DNA of 60,521 nucleotides, filler included, from Asterionella formosa (Eukaryota), in NCBI GenBank assembly GCA_002256025.1. It is 12 parts of 12 records of this genome, joined end to end, with 100 filler letters (N's around TTAATTAATTAA, not from the genome) between each part and the next. Parts side by side here need not be neighbours in the genome. Positions count along the whole stretch, not along the records: positions 1 to 4,970 come from NKIB01013277.1; positions 5,071 to 10,034 come from NKIB01013279.1; positions 10,135 to 15,093 come from NKIB01013280.1; 9 more parts are not named here. The stretch is one strand, 5' to 3'. Below the pieces are notes generated by a model. That model worked only from the letters and a program-made list of their open reading frames with translations. It was not told the origin of the DNA and searched no databases. The position numbers and the translations under genes were made by a program. Shown here in pieces: positions 1 through 11,399 of this stretch. The first letter of the stretch is position 1, and each line of letters starts with the position of its first letter.

Positions 1-127
1 AAAACTCTTAGGAACGATTACAATCGATCACGGAGACATCGTTGTTATATCTACAGCCTATTTGGTCCCTGACGTGTCCTTACAGGATACAAGAAAGCAT
101 AGAGTGCTTCGGGACGCAATTTCAACA

Positions 128-300
128 CCTTGGGATGAGGAAAATTTCCTATGCGGTGTAAATTTTGCACAGACCTCGCTGTTCTTTTATAGAAATGAGG
201 ATATCTTTTTGCGAAATTCTGGTTGCGAGTTCTACTGGCAGGTGCAGGAACCTCCGTACTTCCTCCGTACACACGTGGAAAACTCCTTATTTGTATCGTG
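128..300 (+). repeat. Left arm of a ~173-bp inverted repeat (partner at 4319-4492), followed by a degenerate second subunit at ~301-385
   Basis: CCTTGGGATGAGGAAAATTTCCTATGCGGTG...TTGTATCGTG is the reverse complement of 4319-4492 with few mismatches; CACAGACCTCGCTG...GGAACCTCCGTAC recurs at 301-383. Confidence 0.9.
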
Positions 301-1394
301 CACAGACCTCGCTGTGTTTTATCAAAAATCTTGCGAAATTCTATGGTCGCGAGTGCTTCTGGGAGATACGGGAACCTCCGTACCTCGTACTGGTAACTCG
401 TCGCTACTTGGAGATATTCTTTTGAGGGATGACAAAGTTGAAAATCGAAATGACAGCAATCCACCCCTCCTCATTGTTTGCTGTTGTTGTGGATCTCCTC
501 TCCTATTCTCCTTCGTTTTTGTTCGGAATCGTTAGCACATGCATTGCTTATTAGTAATGAAGTAGAAGAAGGGCTTGCTTGTAGCTATGCTTGTTATTTG
601 TCAATCACAAGCAAACTTACTCTGTGAATGCTGTTCTTTGTTTACAGCAAAATCAAGTTTGCAACTCCTTTTGGCATGGAGAGGGAGAAAGAGCTTTCTT
701 GGCGGGAAGGCTTGCTGGACCCATGGTCAAGGATGAGCGGCGATTGACAGATGTTGTTCTGTTCTTGTTGTTGTTGTTGTGTACCTGGTAGTGTGTACTT
801 GGGATATACATATACGACACACTATAGTATATATATACATACCGAAAAATTCGATGTGCCCCATATGCATTGCCCCTGAATAAAAATGGCAAGACAATAG
901 CTGGAGCGGGAATTGCTAATGGAAAATTTCAGCCAATGGTACATTTGCTCTGTGCATCATAGCATGCCCACGGTTTGCAATCACTGCAAAACCTAACTCA
1001 ACTAAATAATTACGTTGCAGAGTGGCTCTTCCTGTAAATTCAAACTTCACATTTAACTTCCAATCACTGCTCTCTGCACGATTCTTAAGAAGTTGGTTCT
1101 CTCCTGCATTGTTGAGCCTTAAGAACTTCTCTGGTGTTCCACTTGCCTTCCATTTAAACAGCTGTTCACATGTTGGTTCAACCATACCACTTTTTGTCTC
1201 AAGAAAATCTGTAAATTTCATTTGAGTCCTCCTTTCATCGATCATAATTCTCCAGTTTGCTCGAGTTATTTTCATGTCTTTATTATTGTCATTTTCCTGT
1301 CTTTTCACTGTTGCTTTGTCCAAAAAATTCGTTCATTGTTTTCTTTTGCTTCTTCATGTTTACTTTCTTTGGGAACATTCTTTTGCTTTGTCTT

Positions 1395-1432
1395 CCCTGC
1401 AGCTTGGCTAACCCTAACCCTAACCCTGCAGC
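1395..1432 (-). repeat. Interstitial telomeric insertion (TTAGGG)2TTAG flanked by a 9-bp direct repeat
   Basis: Plus strand CCCTGCAGC-TTGGCTAACCCTAACCCTAA-CCCTGCAGC. Confidence 0.85.
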
Positions 1433-3021
1433 GCAAGCTTCACATGGCTTCATGCCGCCTGAAGTCAAGATCTAGCCAATAACTTTTGCTGTCTTCCTTG
1501 CCATATCTTCATTCACATGTCCAAGTTTATCATGTACTTCTGTAATTGATAATTTGGCACCACAATCTGTGCCTGCACCAGCAACTTTTGTCACCGCCCT
1601 CTTCATGTACATGGCATACAACAGACCTTTTGGAGTTGGAATTTTGATGTCAAATGTTATTGTTTATCATCCTTTGTCAACACAATTGCATTATCATCAC
1701 CACTTAATTTCCATCCCTTTTTCATCATTTTTGTCAAAGTGAATAAATTGTACTTGCCCGTAGGCAACAAAGTCACATCTTGCATGGTTGCTTTGGCAAT
1801 TTCAACTTCATGCTCCTTGTCACACAAACAGCTTTTTCACTCATCCCATCGCCCATTGTGATAGCATCTGATTTTTCTGCAACACGTAAATTGGTCATAC
1901 CATCCATGTGTGGAGTATTGTGGACTGTTGCAGCAGTATCTGCAATCCACACATTTGGATCCATCAATATTGCTTGATCAGTACGAAATGTCATTCCACA
2001 CAATAGAAATTCAACTCTTGATCCATTATCAACTGCTAATTCTGCAGTTTCTGCACTTCTGGACTTAAAACCCTCTGGCCTTTTATGTTTATTCTCTTCC
2101 TTCTCCCAACAATTTGCTTCTTTGTGCCCAACTTTTCCACAATTGAGACATTGTCCATTGAAATTTTCACCATGTCCTTTAGGTCTTGTTCCTTTTCCAT
2201 CTTTATGCTCTTTATCGGGACACTTATTGGTTTCATGCCCCTTTTTCTTGCAATTATAGCAAACACCTCCAAATGCACTCAATGATATTTCAGCAACATC
2301 ATTGCCATTATTAGTCTTTGGGGCTTTCCCTTGTCTCCAAAATTGATTCATCGCAGTCGCTCTCTAAATCATTTTAAGTCAACTTATCACTGCGAAGCCT
2401 CTGTTCCGTTGTAATTACTGCATGATATTCTTCTGGTGCTGCATCAAGTATGACAGCAATCAAATCATCTTCATCTATCTTGACCCCTGGATCATTGTAT
2501 TGATTCTCAATACTACTCACTTGCTCAAACAATGTAGCAGGGTCTTGATTTTTCTCCATGGTCACTTTATTAAGCTTCTGCCTGAGCTCAACTCTTGTAA
2601 TTGTGTCTTGAGGTCGATACTTCTTGTTCAGAGCTTCCATTACCAAATAATTAAGCCCACCTGGCCAATCTGGAGTCATCGCCTTGTACACCAATCCCAT
2701 TGTTCCTTCAGATGTGAAAGCCATTGACAAATTAGCCATAGCTACACCATTTCTCCTGATGGCCAACGCTTTCAACTTACCATTCTCAGTTGTTTCATCA
2801 ATCAATTCATCTTCTCTTGCTGGCATCATGGCCTGTGGGGCTAGTGCCTCAGCAAATCTGCTAACAGTGGCAAATGATCTAAATCGAGTATTCCACATTT
2901 GAAATTTCTTGTGGTCTCCATCAAGCATTGGAAGTCTCACACTCCTCATCTTGTCACTATCCTTGGATCCATCCATTGTGACTTACAAACTTTTGTTTTA
3001 TTTCTTTCTTTCACCAACAAT

Positions 3022-3040
3022 CAGCGTCTGGGTCCTAACC
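3022..3040 (-). other. Candidate primer-binding site of the internal tRNA-iMet type
   Basis: Minus strand GGTTAGGACCCAGACGCTG resembles the copia PBS GGTTATGGGCCCAG; it lies between the LTR and gag, although 17 bp from the LTR end. Confidence 0.5.
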
Positions 3041-3057
3041 CCTTATACTTTGAAGTA

Positions 3058-3298
3058 TGTTGAAAGGCTCCAAAGACTACCTTACTCAAGTCAACAAGTT
3101 TTCTCAGATTGTAAACTAATTGTAATTATTTCTAAACTATCAATCAATCCAACTGGTCCTGCCAAATTCAATCTTACCAAATACAATTCAAGACTTCTAC
3201 TCCAACTAATTTTGATCCCACTATCAGTCCCATGAGATATTTCACGACTTGACTCATCAGACTCTCAACCTCACCCGGATTCTTTACAACCTCCAACA
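3058..3298 (-). repeat. Candidate 5' LTR (241 bp) of the copia element
   Basis: On the minus strand it begins TGTTGGAG and ends TTTCAACA (TGTTG...CAACA termini) and lies just upstream of the PBS-like motif and gag; no second LTR is present to confirm it. Confidence 0.6.
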
Positions 3299-4318
3299 TC
3301 AGCATCAGCTAAGCAACAAAAACAAAATTCGTCGCCGCATGCCTACTCCATCCAATCTTGTGATAGGGTAGCTAGTAACAATATCCTCTGTTTGGAGGAT
3401 AAAGCGTTGGTGGAGGCCGCCTGCTTGTCAGATAAGCAACGGTTGAGGAGGCGACGGTAAGTTCATTGCGGCTGGTGTCAGAGGTATCACAATCCTCGTC
3501 TCATCGGTGCCTTCATTGTTGATTGTCAAATGCCATTTCTGGAATGTCTTCTTACGAAATGCATGTCTTCTTTCATAAACCTCCTGCAGTAGGCACAGTT
3601 TGCTTAGTTCAACACGGAGATATACAGAAGGCATGAAGAGGTAATAATCTTGGCAAAGGAGACTTGGGTGTCCCTTTGTTGATTCATCATCATGTTTGGA
3701 GGCAGATGGGAGTGGTGATTCGGGATTGCTATATGGGAAGAAGGAGGCTGTTAGGTGCAGGTTGATACACTTGGAAGCGAATTTGCCTGCTGTCCCATGA
3801 CGAGGTGTACAGCCAGCTATATCCACCAACAATCATCCGATGTCACAAATTGGTGTTAAGAGGACAAACTATTCACTTTATATGTTCATAGAAATTAAAA
3901 ATTAACAAACATAGACTTAAAAGTGTTAATCAATGCATCTACTGCCCTTGGTTCACAGCAGTAGCTGTATTGGTTGTTATCATTAGCAAGAGCAACCATG
4001 ATGGACCTATCAATTTGTTGCAACAAACTGGCACGCACCATGATGGTACCAGAAACTTCGGGAGTTTCCCATCAGACAAAGGAGGGGGGTTTGTGAAACG
4101 CTAAAATATTCGACTATAGAGAAAAGTCAAGAAATAAAAATGAAAAATTCCTTAAATAACCATTGGCCTACATGACGCTCAAGGAGGCGACATACCGGAG
4201 CAAAATTTAGATAAAACATAGTATTTGAAAATGACTTTTCGTACTTCAGAGTTTCCGTCAACTCCCCGGTACCAAGGAACCTCCCAGAAGCACTCGTGAA
4301 AAAGAACCGAGGTGTCGT

Positions 4319-4492
4319 CACGATACAAATAAGGAGTTTTCCACGTGTGTACGGAGGAAGTACGGAGGTTCCTGTACCTCCCAGTAGAACTCGCAACCCG
4401 AATTTCGCAAAAAGATATCCTCATTTTTATAGAAGAACAGCGAGGTCTGTGCAAAATTTACACCGCATAGGGAAATTTTCCTCATCCCAAGG
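4319..4492 (-). repeat. Right arm of the ~173-bp inverted repeat
   Basis: Reverse complement of 128-300; an inner subrepeat CTCCCAGAAGCACTCG (4281-4296) matches 350-365. Confidence 0.9.
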
Positions 4493-4670
4493 GATCGAAT
4501 TTTAACAATTACCAGCCAGGTCGATGCCGAATAACAATACTCTTTGACAAAATAAACCCTTCTACTTAAAGACTATTTTCTGGGCATTGTTGTCTCATGT
4601 CTCATAGACACAATTGAAGACAGTTGTGCCTATAGCTTGTGGTTTCAACGCTCCTATCATCGTCATCAGC

Positions 4671-4970
4671 ATGGTGCAGGTACGAACTCCTCGGCAGCAG
4701 GGGAAAACAAGAACCAAGAAGTCGTTGCACTTGTTGCTTCCAATATCAGTTTTGTTTGTAGGTTTCATTGGTTTCCAATTGTTCTCGAGCGCAGGTTTGC
4801 TACAATCGTTTTTTGACCTGTTCGTTACCGGTAATAAAGCGCAACAAGATCCACTTGACATTTCCACTCTACGAGCACAAGTGAAAAGATTGGAAGATGC
4901 AATTGCTGGCACTAGCACCAGCACTACACCAACAAAAACTATACAGACACTTCCCACCTGTCGATCCTTA
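4671..4970 (+). CDS. 5' part of a type II membrane protein (secretory-pathway enzyme-like topology), cut by the contig end
   Basis: MVQVRTPRQQGKTRTKK basic tail, one hydrophobic segment (LLLPISVLFVGFIGFQLF), short coiled coil, Thr-rich stem. Confidence 0.6.
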
Positions 4971-5070
4971 NNNNNNNNNNNNNNNNNNNNNNNNNNNNNN
5001 NNNNNNNNNNNNNNTTAATTAATTAANNNNNNNNNNNNNNNNNNNNNNNNNNNNNNNNNNNNNNNNNNNN
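4971..5070. other. Artificial contig-joining spacer; identical spacers at 10035-10134, 15094-15193, 20153-20252, 25217-25316, 30269-30368, 35317-35416, 40363-40462, 45407-45506, 50448-50547, 55485-55584
   Basis: 44 N + TTAATTAATTAA (stop codons in all six frames) + 44 N, repeated 11 times about every 5 kb. Confidence 0.99.
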
Positions 5071-5689
5071 CATTCGCACTTACAGTGGCCGTGAGGCGAG
5101 CTGCGTTCATCATGGTTGACAGTAAATCAGAGAAGCAATAACAGAAAAGGATGGAACGATTTCTGGTTTGGTCGGTGATTGTTACTCCCTGGTCTCGCAC
5201 ATGTGGTGAGACTTTTATTTAACAAATTAATATATTCGTATACGTATGAAATCTAAATATACCGGTAGTAACATACCGTACCCGGTTGAATAAAATGCCT
5301 GGCTATAACCGTGGATTTTAGAACCGGTGTGTACATGTCATGCACACACTATACCAGTACGGCAAATGCTGTACACATGTAGGAGCAATCCACGTTTCTT
5401 ACGCTCGACTGAGTCGTTCCTTGCTTACGAAAACGGCGGCTGCTATGTAGTACCAGGTACCTGGTGAGCGATCCTGCGCATCGATACAGATGTATATAGG
5501 ATTAGGGTTATATCAAATAAATCAGAACTCAATAATGAGAGAACTCGACTAACTCCTATTGTATACTTTGGTGTCAACTTAGGAAACGAGTTGTACATGA
5601 GAATTAATTAATAAGCTCATATATTCAACAAATACTACTACTTCTAGTTAGATCCTTCACTGTCAATTTTACAACGATAATTTTACTCC

Positions 5690-5930
5690 AAGTGTTTTTT
5701 GTGGAAGAGCGCGTGCTATTGTCAACGCAGCTTGTCGCACATGGGATCGTCAGGCGACTGTTTGTCATCAAGCTCAACAAGCCAGTCTTACATACCAGGA
5801 TAATTGTGGCCCTTGCCCGGTACATCCTGAAGGTCCACATACTTGGGGCAATTGTTTTCAGAATCCTGGTACTCAAGGTAGTCGAGCAGGTCTCATCGCT
5901 CCTGGTCATCATAGCTAATGGACGTGGCCA
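5690..5930 (-). pseudogene. Decayed reading frame of unknown family
   Basis: A protein-like frame (SISYDDQER*DLLDYLEYQDSENNCPKYVDLQDVPGKGHNYPGM*DWLVELDD...) broken by stops compatible with C>T changes. Confidence 0.35.
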
Positions 5931-6459
5931 TTCCAGTTTCAGTGGACAAGGACATTTTGGTGGTTGTGAGGCGGCTCACACAGCAATCCTATGGAAGTCT
6001 ACCATACTGACACTGCTAACCCTGTGCCTGTTCCACTTGCTCATATGTTAAATGCATAGGGTCATAACACTCATCCATCCGGTGGGGGTACTGTGCCAAG
6101 TGCCGATCCTACCGAGAATACATCTGCCCAAGAATTTTCAGTGGTCACAAACCATCCTGCTGGTCAGATATTGACTTTTGTCCCTACTGCACAACAGCAG
6201 ATTGCTGATTGCCATCATAGAGGTATGTGCGATAATAGCGATACTATTCATAATGACTCATTGCGAATATCTCACGTTAGTCATCACCTGAATACTATTG
6301 TTTATTAACAGGTTGAATACACTATGAATACCGCTGTTGCTGAAACGCGGGACATACATAAATGCATCGATGGACATGACGTTCCACATACATATCAGGG
6401 TTCAATTCCGGTTTGCTGTTTTATTTCTAAGGATAAATTAACGTCAATTGATTTGATTC

Positions 6460-7165
6460 CGATGTCTCTTTTAGCGCCACGATTGGTGAATGCTTTACCT
6501 AATCATAAATTACTACAAGTATTATTTGATAGTGGAGGATCCTTATCCTTAATACATGAACGGGTTATGCTTCAAGGTATTTCTTTGTCTTACGAGACTT
6601 CCCAAATAATACATACCATAGCTGGTACTTATTCATCTCATGCCAGTGTTATTTTACATGACCTGATTCTACCTGAATTTAATCGATCTGCTCGTATTGT
6701 ACAACAAAAGTGTCAAGTTTTTAACATTTCATGCTATTTTAGGACGTGACTTCCTTCGTCAAGTTAGTTTAACCATTGATTTCGTAAATGACACCATGTC
6801 CTTTATGGATATGATTGTTCCTATGCATCCTCTCACATTCTTTGATGATGGAGAACTTTTAAATGATGTAGCATTCTCTCACATTCTTTGATGATGGAGA
6901 ACTTTTAAATGATGTATTATTGTATTTTGATGCACCTATGATTGTGGAATCTTCATATGCGCTGGAAATTAAAGCTGCTGAATATAACCCCCAGTGGTGG
7001 ATAAACAGATATTATTGGATAATCCTACGACTTTGGATGATCGTGGACAAGGTCCTTATACTATTATTCAAGTACATGCCAATGGTACAGTTACTTTTCA
7101 ACAAACTAGTATGCATATTACAGAACGAATTAATATTCGTCATTCGTATCAAACCTTTTCATAGG
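6460..7165 (+). mobile_element. Internally deleted Ty3/gypsy remnant: aspartic protease joined to the integrase C-terminus
   Basis: VLFDSGGSLSLI and ILGRDFL (retropepsin), then GQGPYTIIQVHANGTVTF...ERINIR..RIKPF (GPY/F module, from 7051); 46-bp tandem duplication at 6825-6916. Confidence 0.85.
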
Positions 7166-7284
7166 GAAAAGGTTTTCCCTAAAGTGTTGGCCCCACAGTT
7201 GTACATCGCGAGGTCTGTTTTTATCCAAAATATTTTATGATGTACTTCAATCCACACAGTACGTACAACTTAATAAAATACTTA

Positions 7285-7535
7285 AAGGTATGCCTACGGT
7301 TGTAGCATTGCTTCACTTTATCGATGTCGTGATTTGTTCTTTGATACCACTGTACTAAACTGTGAAGAACTCGAAATTATTTTTCCAGAAGAAAAAGAAG
7401 AATTTATCAAATTGGCTTCCAGCTTTGAATGCAAAATCTCCGAGGGCATGATGAGAGGATGTGTTGGTGCTATTGACGGTTTCCTAGCAACCATCAACCG
7501 CCCGACTTAAGTTGAAAGTGGCAACAACCCTGGTT
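7285..7535 (+). mobile_element. PIF/Harbinger transposase fragment (DDE_Tnp_4-like)
   Basis: Frame IIFPEEKEEFIKLASSFECKISEGMMRGCVGAIDGFLATINRP; GCVGAIDG at 7457-7480 is the first catalytic Asp motif. Confidence 0.85.
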
Positions 7536-7899
7536 CTCTTTGTTGCATCTTGGTGCTGCTGAGGATTGAAGCACTTGAAGTTTCACTGCATTTACTCGTT
7601 CAAAACACTCTAATGCATTTGCCATTGCCATTTGTACCATAGAAGAGTAATGATGGGAATGATTGGATGAAGTAGATGAACATTTTCCTTTCTTCGAGCC
7701 AACAGTCTTCGATGATGAGGATGAAGATTTGGCACTATCAGTCCTTTCACGGAATGATGATTATGGAAGCAATGGAACAGCAAAATTGAGAAGGTGAGGA
7801 ACTTGGCACAACCATAAATGGTAGTAATATATATAAGGTCAGCTTCCAACAAAATTAACAAAGTCATAATGACTTCCTGACTTTTTGTTGTTCCTGTAT

Positions 7900-9215
7900 G
7901 CAATTTGGTAATGATAGTTAATGTACCCCAGCATTGCCATAGAAAATTCGACAGAGGACAGAGTATCATACGTCTTTGGGTAACAACTGTCTATCCCCAT
8001 TTGTTCCCAATAAGGATCTTGTGAAAAGGTAAGATTATTGCTGTCATCATCTTCATCATCAAGGAATGTAGTTATGAGTCTATCGAAAATGTATTTGTGC
8101 CTAAATTTCCTGCATCCAGTTCAGCCATAGTTGGAGGCTGACCAAGCATCAACACTTCACTTCTGTGTTGCTCACACATGTACACATTGATGACACGAAA
8201 ATATGTGTTAGCACAAGTGACACTGCTCAGAGGAGTTGATTTTGCTACTGTAGCCTTTTTCTTTTCTGTTGCCTTCTTTGCAACAGGAGGAGGAAGAGGC
8301 AATGATTTTTCATCGTCATCACTGCTATTTTGCGAATTAAGAACATAGTCAGGGTCTTTGTCTGCTTCATCTGGCTTCCCTTTCTGTGAACAATCAGAGT
8401 CCATATCAACATTGCCACAACTCTTTTCTTCATCTTTAATAATAGATTCATCATTATTGATGCTGTTGTTGTGGATGCCAATCACTTCATTATAAGTGAT
8501 CATAGGAGAAAGGGGATATAGTTGACCAACCAGCCAGTCTCTTTTCAGTAAACAGGGAATTAAGGAAATAGTGAAGTCCTTCTTTCCATTCCTGTACCCT
8601 GATACTTTAAATCTCACGCAAATTTTTCAAAGTACCTTCACAGATATATGTTTTATGTCAATTCCTTTTATATGAATCAATCCCAGCCCACTTTCATCCA
8701 GAACAAAGTCATCTGGTACTATGAGCGAGTTGACGAACTCATCAATATTGGCTAGACAACCAGGAAAGGGTTTCCTCTTTTCAGGGGGCAATGTCAAGAA
8801 GTGTACCAGCAGTTGCAGGTATTTTATTTTCAGATGGATCCAACTGGTCAATGTCGGTTGGACCAGCAGTTGGAGGTATTTTATTTTCAGATGGATCCAT
8901 CTTGTCAACGTCAAGTATACCAGCAGTTGGAGGTATTTTCTTTTCAGGTGGACCCATCTTGTAAATGTTGGTTGGACCAGCAGTTGGAGGTATTTTCTTT
9001 TCAGGCGGACCCATCTTGTCAATGTCGGTTGGACCAGCAGTTGGAGGTATTTTCTTTTCAGGTGGACCCATCTCGTCAATGTCGGTTGGACCAGCAGTAG
9101 ATGACTCAACAATATCTTCGACGTCCTCATCAGCTACAAGGCATTGATTCTTTTCCGAAATGGGAATATCGGCAGCATCGGAAGTTTCAGCTGTATCCAC
9201 TACTTTGCTGCTCAT
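7900..9215 (-). pseudogene. Frameshifted gene, probably the accessory ORF of a Harbinger-type element, with 19-aa tandem repeats
   Basis: ORFs 8781-9215, 8627-8780 and 8072-8617 chain by frameshifts; acidic/Lys-rich; YFRVINVYM...PTMAELDAG motif; convergent with the transposase fragment. Confidence 0.55.
8805..9097 (-). repeat. 57-bp coding minisatellite, about 5 copies (PPTAGPTDIDKMGPPEKKI)
   Basis: ACCAGCAGT at 8805, 8862, 8919, 8976, 9033, 9091. Confidence 0.95.
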
Positions 9216-9409
9216 TGCGCCAATTAATCGAGATATAGTCGATGTTGGAAGACAGGTATAGAGATAAGCGGACTACTGATTCTTGTTTGACTGACGAAGC
9301 TGAAAGGTAGGGTATACAGAGTACCATATATATATATAACAAAAAATAGTTGGTGCAATATTTAATAGTGTTGTGCTTGCGTATTTACAGTCATTTTATC
9401 AGTGCCAAC

Positions 9410-9628
9410 GGACGTGATACACAGTGATCGTTTCAATGGCTGTATCACTGATACAGTATTGGTCAGGGGTTCATAAATTGTATCAGTGATACAGCCATCA
9501 TGATACACCGGTGATCAGACCAAAAAAGCCATTGGTGATACACCAAAAAAACCAAACAGCCATTTTTGTATCATATTTCGGAGATGATACACCATTGACG
9601 ACCAATGACAGAATGATAAGAATGGCCC
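9410..9628. mobile_element. Putative Harbinger-type terminus with subterminal TGATACA repeats
   Basis: About eight TGATACA/TGTATCA motifs in both orientations, ending ...AATGGCCC followed by TTA. Confidence 0.55.
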
Positions 9629-11399
9629 TTACCATATCTGAATATAGATCATACCCCTACTAAGTCGAGCAATAACTGTATCTAAGCATATGCAAAGTGG
9701 TCGTGTTGGTAAAAGCAAACTTTACCTTTAAGGTTCCTGCATTTGAACCTCTAGCTCGAGGTAGGGTTAAAAAAATAATATTAAGTCAGAGTAGTCAAAC
9801 ATAGACTTCTTACGAGTAAAACGTAAATGTATATCGCTAAACGGAGCTTTCACCAATACACACCCTTTCCACATGCTTAAATACAGTCATTTATCAAAGT
9901 AGGGGTATAGGTCAACGCTATATATCGTCAGGATATAGGATCTGGCGAGAAACTGCAGAAAGGAACTTCGGTTTTTTAACTATGCTGAAAATAGTGGATT
10001 TTACCGGGCTAACTCGTTTATTTGGCCTAGTAAANNNNNNNNNNNNNNNNNNNNNNNNNNNNNNNNNNNNNNNNNNNNTTAATTAATTAANNNNNNNNNN
10101 NNNNNNNNNNNNNNNNNNNNNNNNNNNNNNNNNNACTTTACACTTTGTAATATTGTGAGCTCTCTGTTAATAGTCTATCTAGGTCTTGTTCTTGCCTGAT
10201 TTCTCATGTAATCCCAAACAAGACTTCTCACACTTTCCTTGATCCCGTCAAAATGATCTTGATTACTTTGACAATAAGTAAGCATATTCATTTGACAATA
10301 AGTTAGCATCTGATTCACTTGTCAATAAGTAAACATCTCCAGTCATTTGTCAATAAATGTCACATGTTTTGGGTCTTGGTTTCTAATCACTACTAAGAAT
10401 ATTGATTCTCGATTCGTTGGATTCCATATATTCTATCACTAGAGAACATCTCTGATCAGAAACGTGTCACTGAAACAACAGACACTGCTTTTCTTGATCA
10501 AGAGCAACTCAAGAAACGGGCAAAGACCAAAAAGAACACACGCACCAGTTCCCGAAAATATCGACTCTACACTGGCAAAAATCAAGACCCAACACTTGTA
10601 CCAGCACCAGGAATTTTTTTTTAGACTACACTTCGAACAAAGTCCTAGATATGTCATATCAATAGTCATTTGGAAAGGCAAAGCGATCGTGATATTCCAA
10701 AATTGTCATACAGATCTGGGATGACAGCTTTGTCCAAAATGTCAGGGCAAGGCAAGAAATTCCCGGATTATGTCTGTTAACTATTTTTTCAATGGGTGGA
10801 ATAATGGGTTCAGAGAACATGCAATTAGAAAAGGATTTCACATTGCTGTTATGGTTATGTATATTCTATCAATGACACTTTATTCATACCGCAGTATACA
10901 TCAACATGTATTGATATTTTAGAGGAAGGGTGAAGAGATTTATGTCAGCTCCGGCAAAACTACTTCCTCGGGGAAATTTTATTTTCTCCGACACAACAAC
11001 CATTCTCTTAGCGTCTATTTGTTCCTTGAAAAGCTCAACTGAAATGAAAATTCATAAACGTATGCTGCTTTCTTGCAAGAGGAGACACCTTATGCAATGA
11101 TACAACTGAATTGAGCGTTGTTGAATTTCATAACATACTTTCGGCAGCATTTGTTGTTCCTGCTTTGAAACCACAGGAATCAAGACAAGGAAATCTCTGA
11201 AACCGCAAGAAGTTTTGGAACAGATACGGAAAGATAAATTTTATGTTGCAATGCCTCCAAGTCATTTATGGAAATCAATCGGGTGGGACCAAAAACTAAC
11301 AAGCGAACGTTGAGAAATACAGAAAAATAATATAAATAATAGTGATAATATAGTTTTACATACTAGTTAAGTTATTAAAAGGTTTTCACAAACTACAAT

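Larger units (their letters stand above)
916..3298 (-). mobile_element. Degenerate, 3'-truncated Ty1/copia (CoDi-like) LTR retrotransposon: LTR, gag, zinc knuckles, protease, partial integrase; no RT/RNase H
   Basis: Gag-like ORF 2374-2976; two CX2CX4HX4C knuckles (CYNCKKKGHETNKC, CLNCGKVGHKEANC); protease WIADTAATVH; integrase HHCC (HDKLGH...CEAC) and core (LRLNNAGEN, FEFTGRATLQRNYLVE); PR-INT order is copia-type; stops and frameshifts present. Confidence 0.9.

Noticed and set aside
51..535. ORFs 51-464, 62-535 and mirrored ORFs at 4127-4505 as genes
   Set aside because: They are translations of the inverted-repeat arms, with no protein motifs.
8805..9097. 57-bp repeats as a CRISPR array
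   Set aside because: Head-to-tail in-frame coding repeats without unique spacers; eukaryotic context; no cas genes.
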